From Sphaerodactylus townsendi (taxonomy: Eukaryota), in the NCBI RefSeq assembly GCF_021028975.2, contig NC_059428.1, forward strand, positions 109,864,001 to 109,928,000: 64,000 bases of DNA, in the 5' to 3' direction. Shown here one piece after another: positions 63,001 to 64,000 of this stretch (its first letter is position 1; each line of letters begins with the position of its first letter). The position numbers were made by a program, and so were the translations under genes. The notes below the pieces were generated by a model. The model searched no databases. It was not told the DNA's origin and saw nothing but the letters and a program-made list of their open reading frames with translations.

Positions 63001-64000
63001 ACCCCATATTACATCTTGAACCTGATTAACTGGCATAGATTAGGGAATTGTTATTCCACTTTTAAGATTTGCAATTTTTATGGTGTCTGCCAGCTTGGAT
63101 AAATGGGGAGCAAATTTGATCCATACAGCATTCTTAAGGAGTAAGCCTAACTGGAGTAAGCCTAACTCCTTAAGAATACAGCATTCTTAAGCCTAAACCC
63201 AGCTGAGCAGTGCCACAGTTTTTTCCGGTAAAAAAAAAATCACAAGAACACTCCGTCATGCTGAGGTACAAGATATCTCATCTGTGTTGCTCAGCAGACT
63301 GTGATTCTGTTTTCTTGAGTTCTATAATGCAGTCTTAATTTATTTCAAATGAACATCTGCTCAAGTTTAGGGGGGGCTGCAAATCTTATTTTCTATTGTT
63401 GAAGTGATGTTTTTAAAATATTCAGAGCTGTGGGATAAGCAGCAATAGGTTTAAGATTATTGTCAGGTGTGACCATGGGGACATTACAATGATGTTTTGT
63501 GATTAGTCATGGTACAATGAAGCCAGTGGGTCAGCATTAACTCAGCCTAGTTCAGATTTTCGCTTTTGAATGGAAACTGATGTGCGATTAAGAATCCGCA
63601 GCACAGGACGCCTGTGGGTCATCACCTTCTTTGTCTGATGCTTACATTACTAGCTCATTGTCAATGTTTTATTTGATGTTTCACTTTTCTCTGTCCAGCT
63701 ATATAAAATAAGCAACCACTTCATTTGATCTGATAGAGCAGATCCGAGCCCACAAAAAGCTTTCGCCGCAGGATGGTTAGTCTTTAAAGATGCCGCAGGA
63801 CTGTTGCATTTGCTGCAGCAGAACACAGCTCCTCTCATCTGCAACTGTTGTTATTACTTCTTGCTTGCTACAGTAATAGAAAAGCTGACCCAGATGTGAT
63901 GATTGCGTCACGTAGCTGGAGGCCTACCTAGTTTAGTATTTTGTGAGTTTCTATCTAGTTCACAGTTGTTTCTCAGGGGAGGCCTTTATAAGTGAAACCA

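Overview
Vertebrate genomic DNA, most likely a squamate reptile and possibly a gecko (inferred only from the repeat families). The window holds the 5' part of MYCBP2 (PAM/Phr1/Highwire/RPM-1 family E3 ligase) on the minus strand. There is a CpG-island promoter at about 59-60 kb and coding exons 1-17 (ATG at 59482 down to 947), all GT-AG and in phase; the gene continues beyond the left edge. The introns carry many CR1, L2, RTE, L1 and Penelope fragments, SINEs and non-autonomous DNA transposons. The most notable structure is a 10.3-kb DIRS1-type tyrosine-recombinase retrotransposon in intron 1 (38257-48573). It keeps both true termini and a 6-bp GAGAAA recombination core. It also carries an internal inverted duplication of about 840 bp with one microhomology junction and one ITR-homology junction, a microhomology deletion of the 3' ITR, and three nested insertions (CR1, hAT MITE, solo LTR), each with a target-site duplication. 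I found no convincing new gene system. The notable observations concern rearrangements, mobile elements and possible RNA structure.
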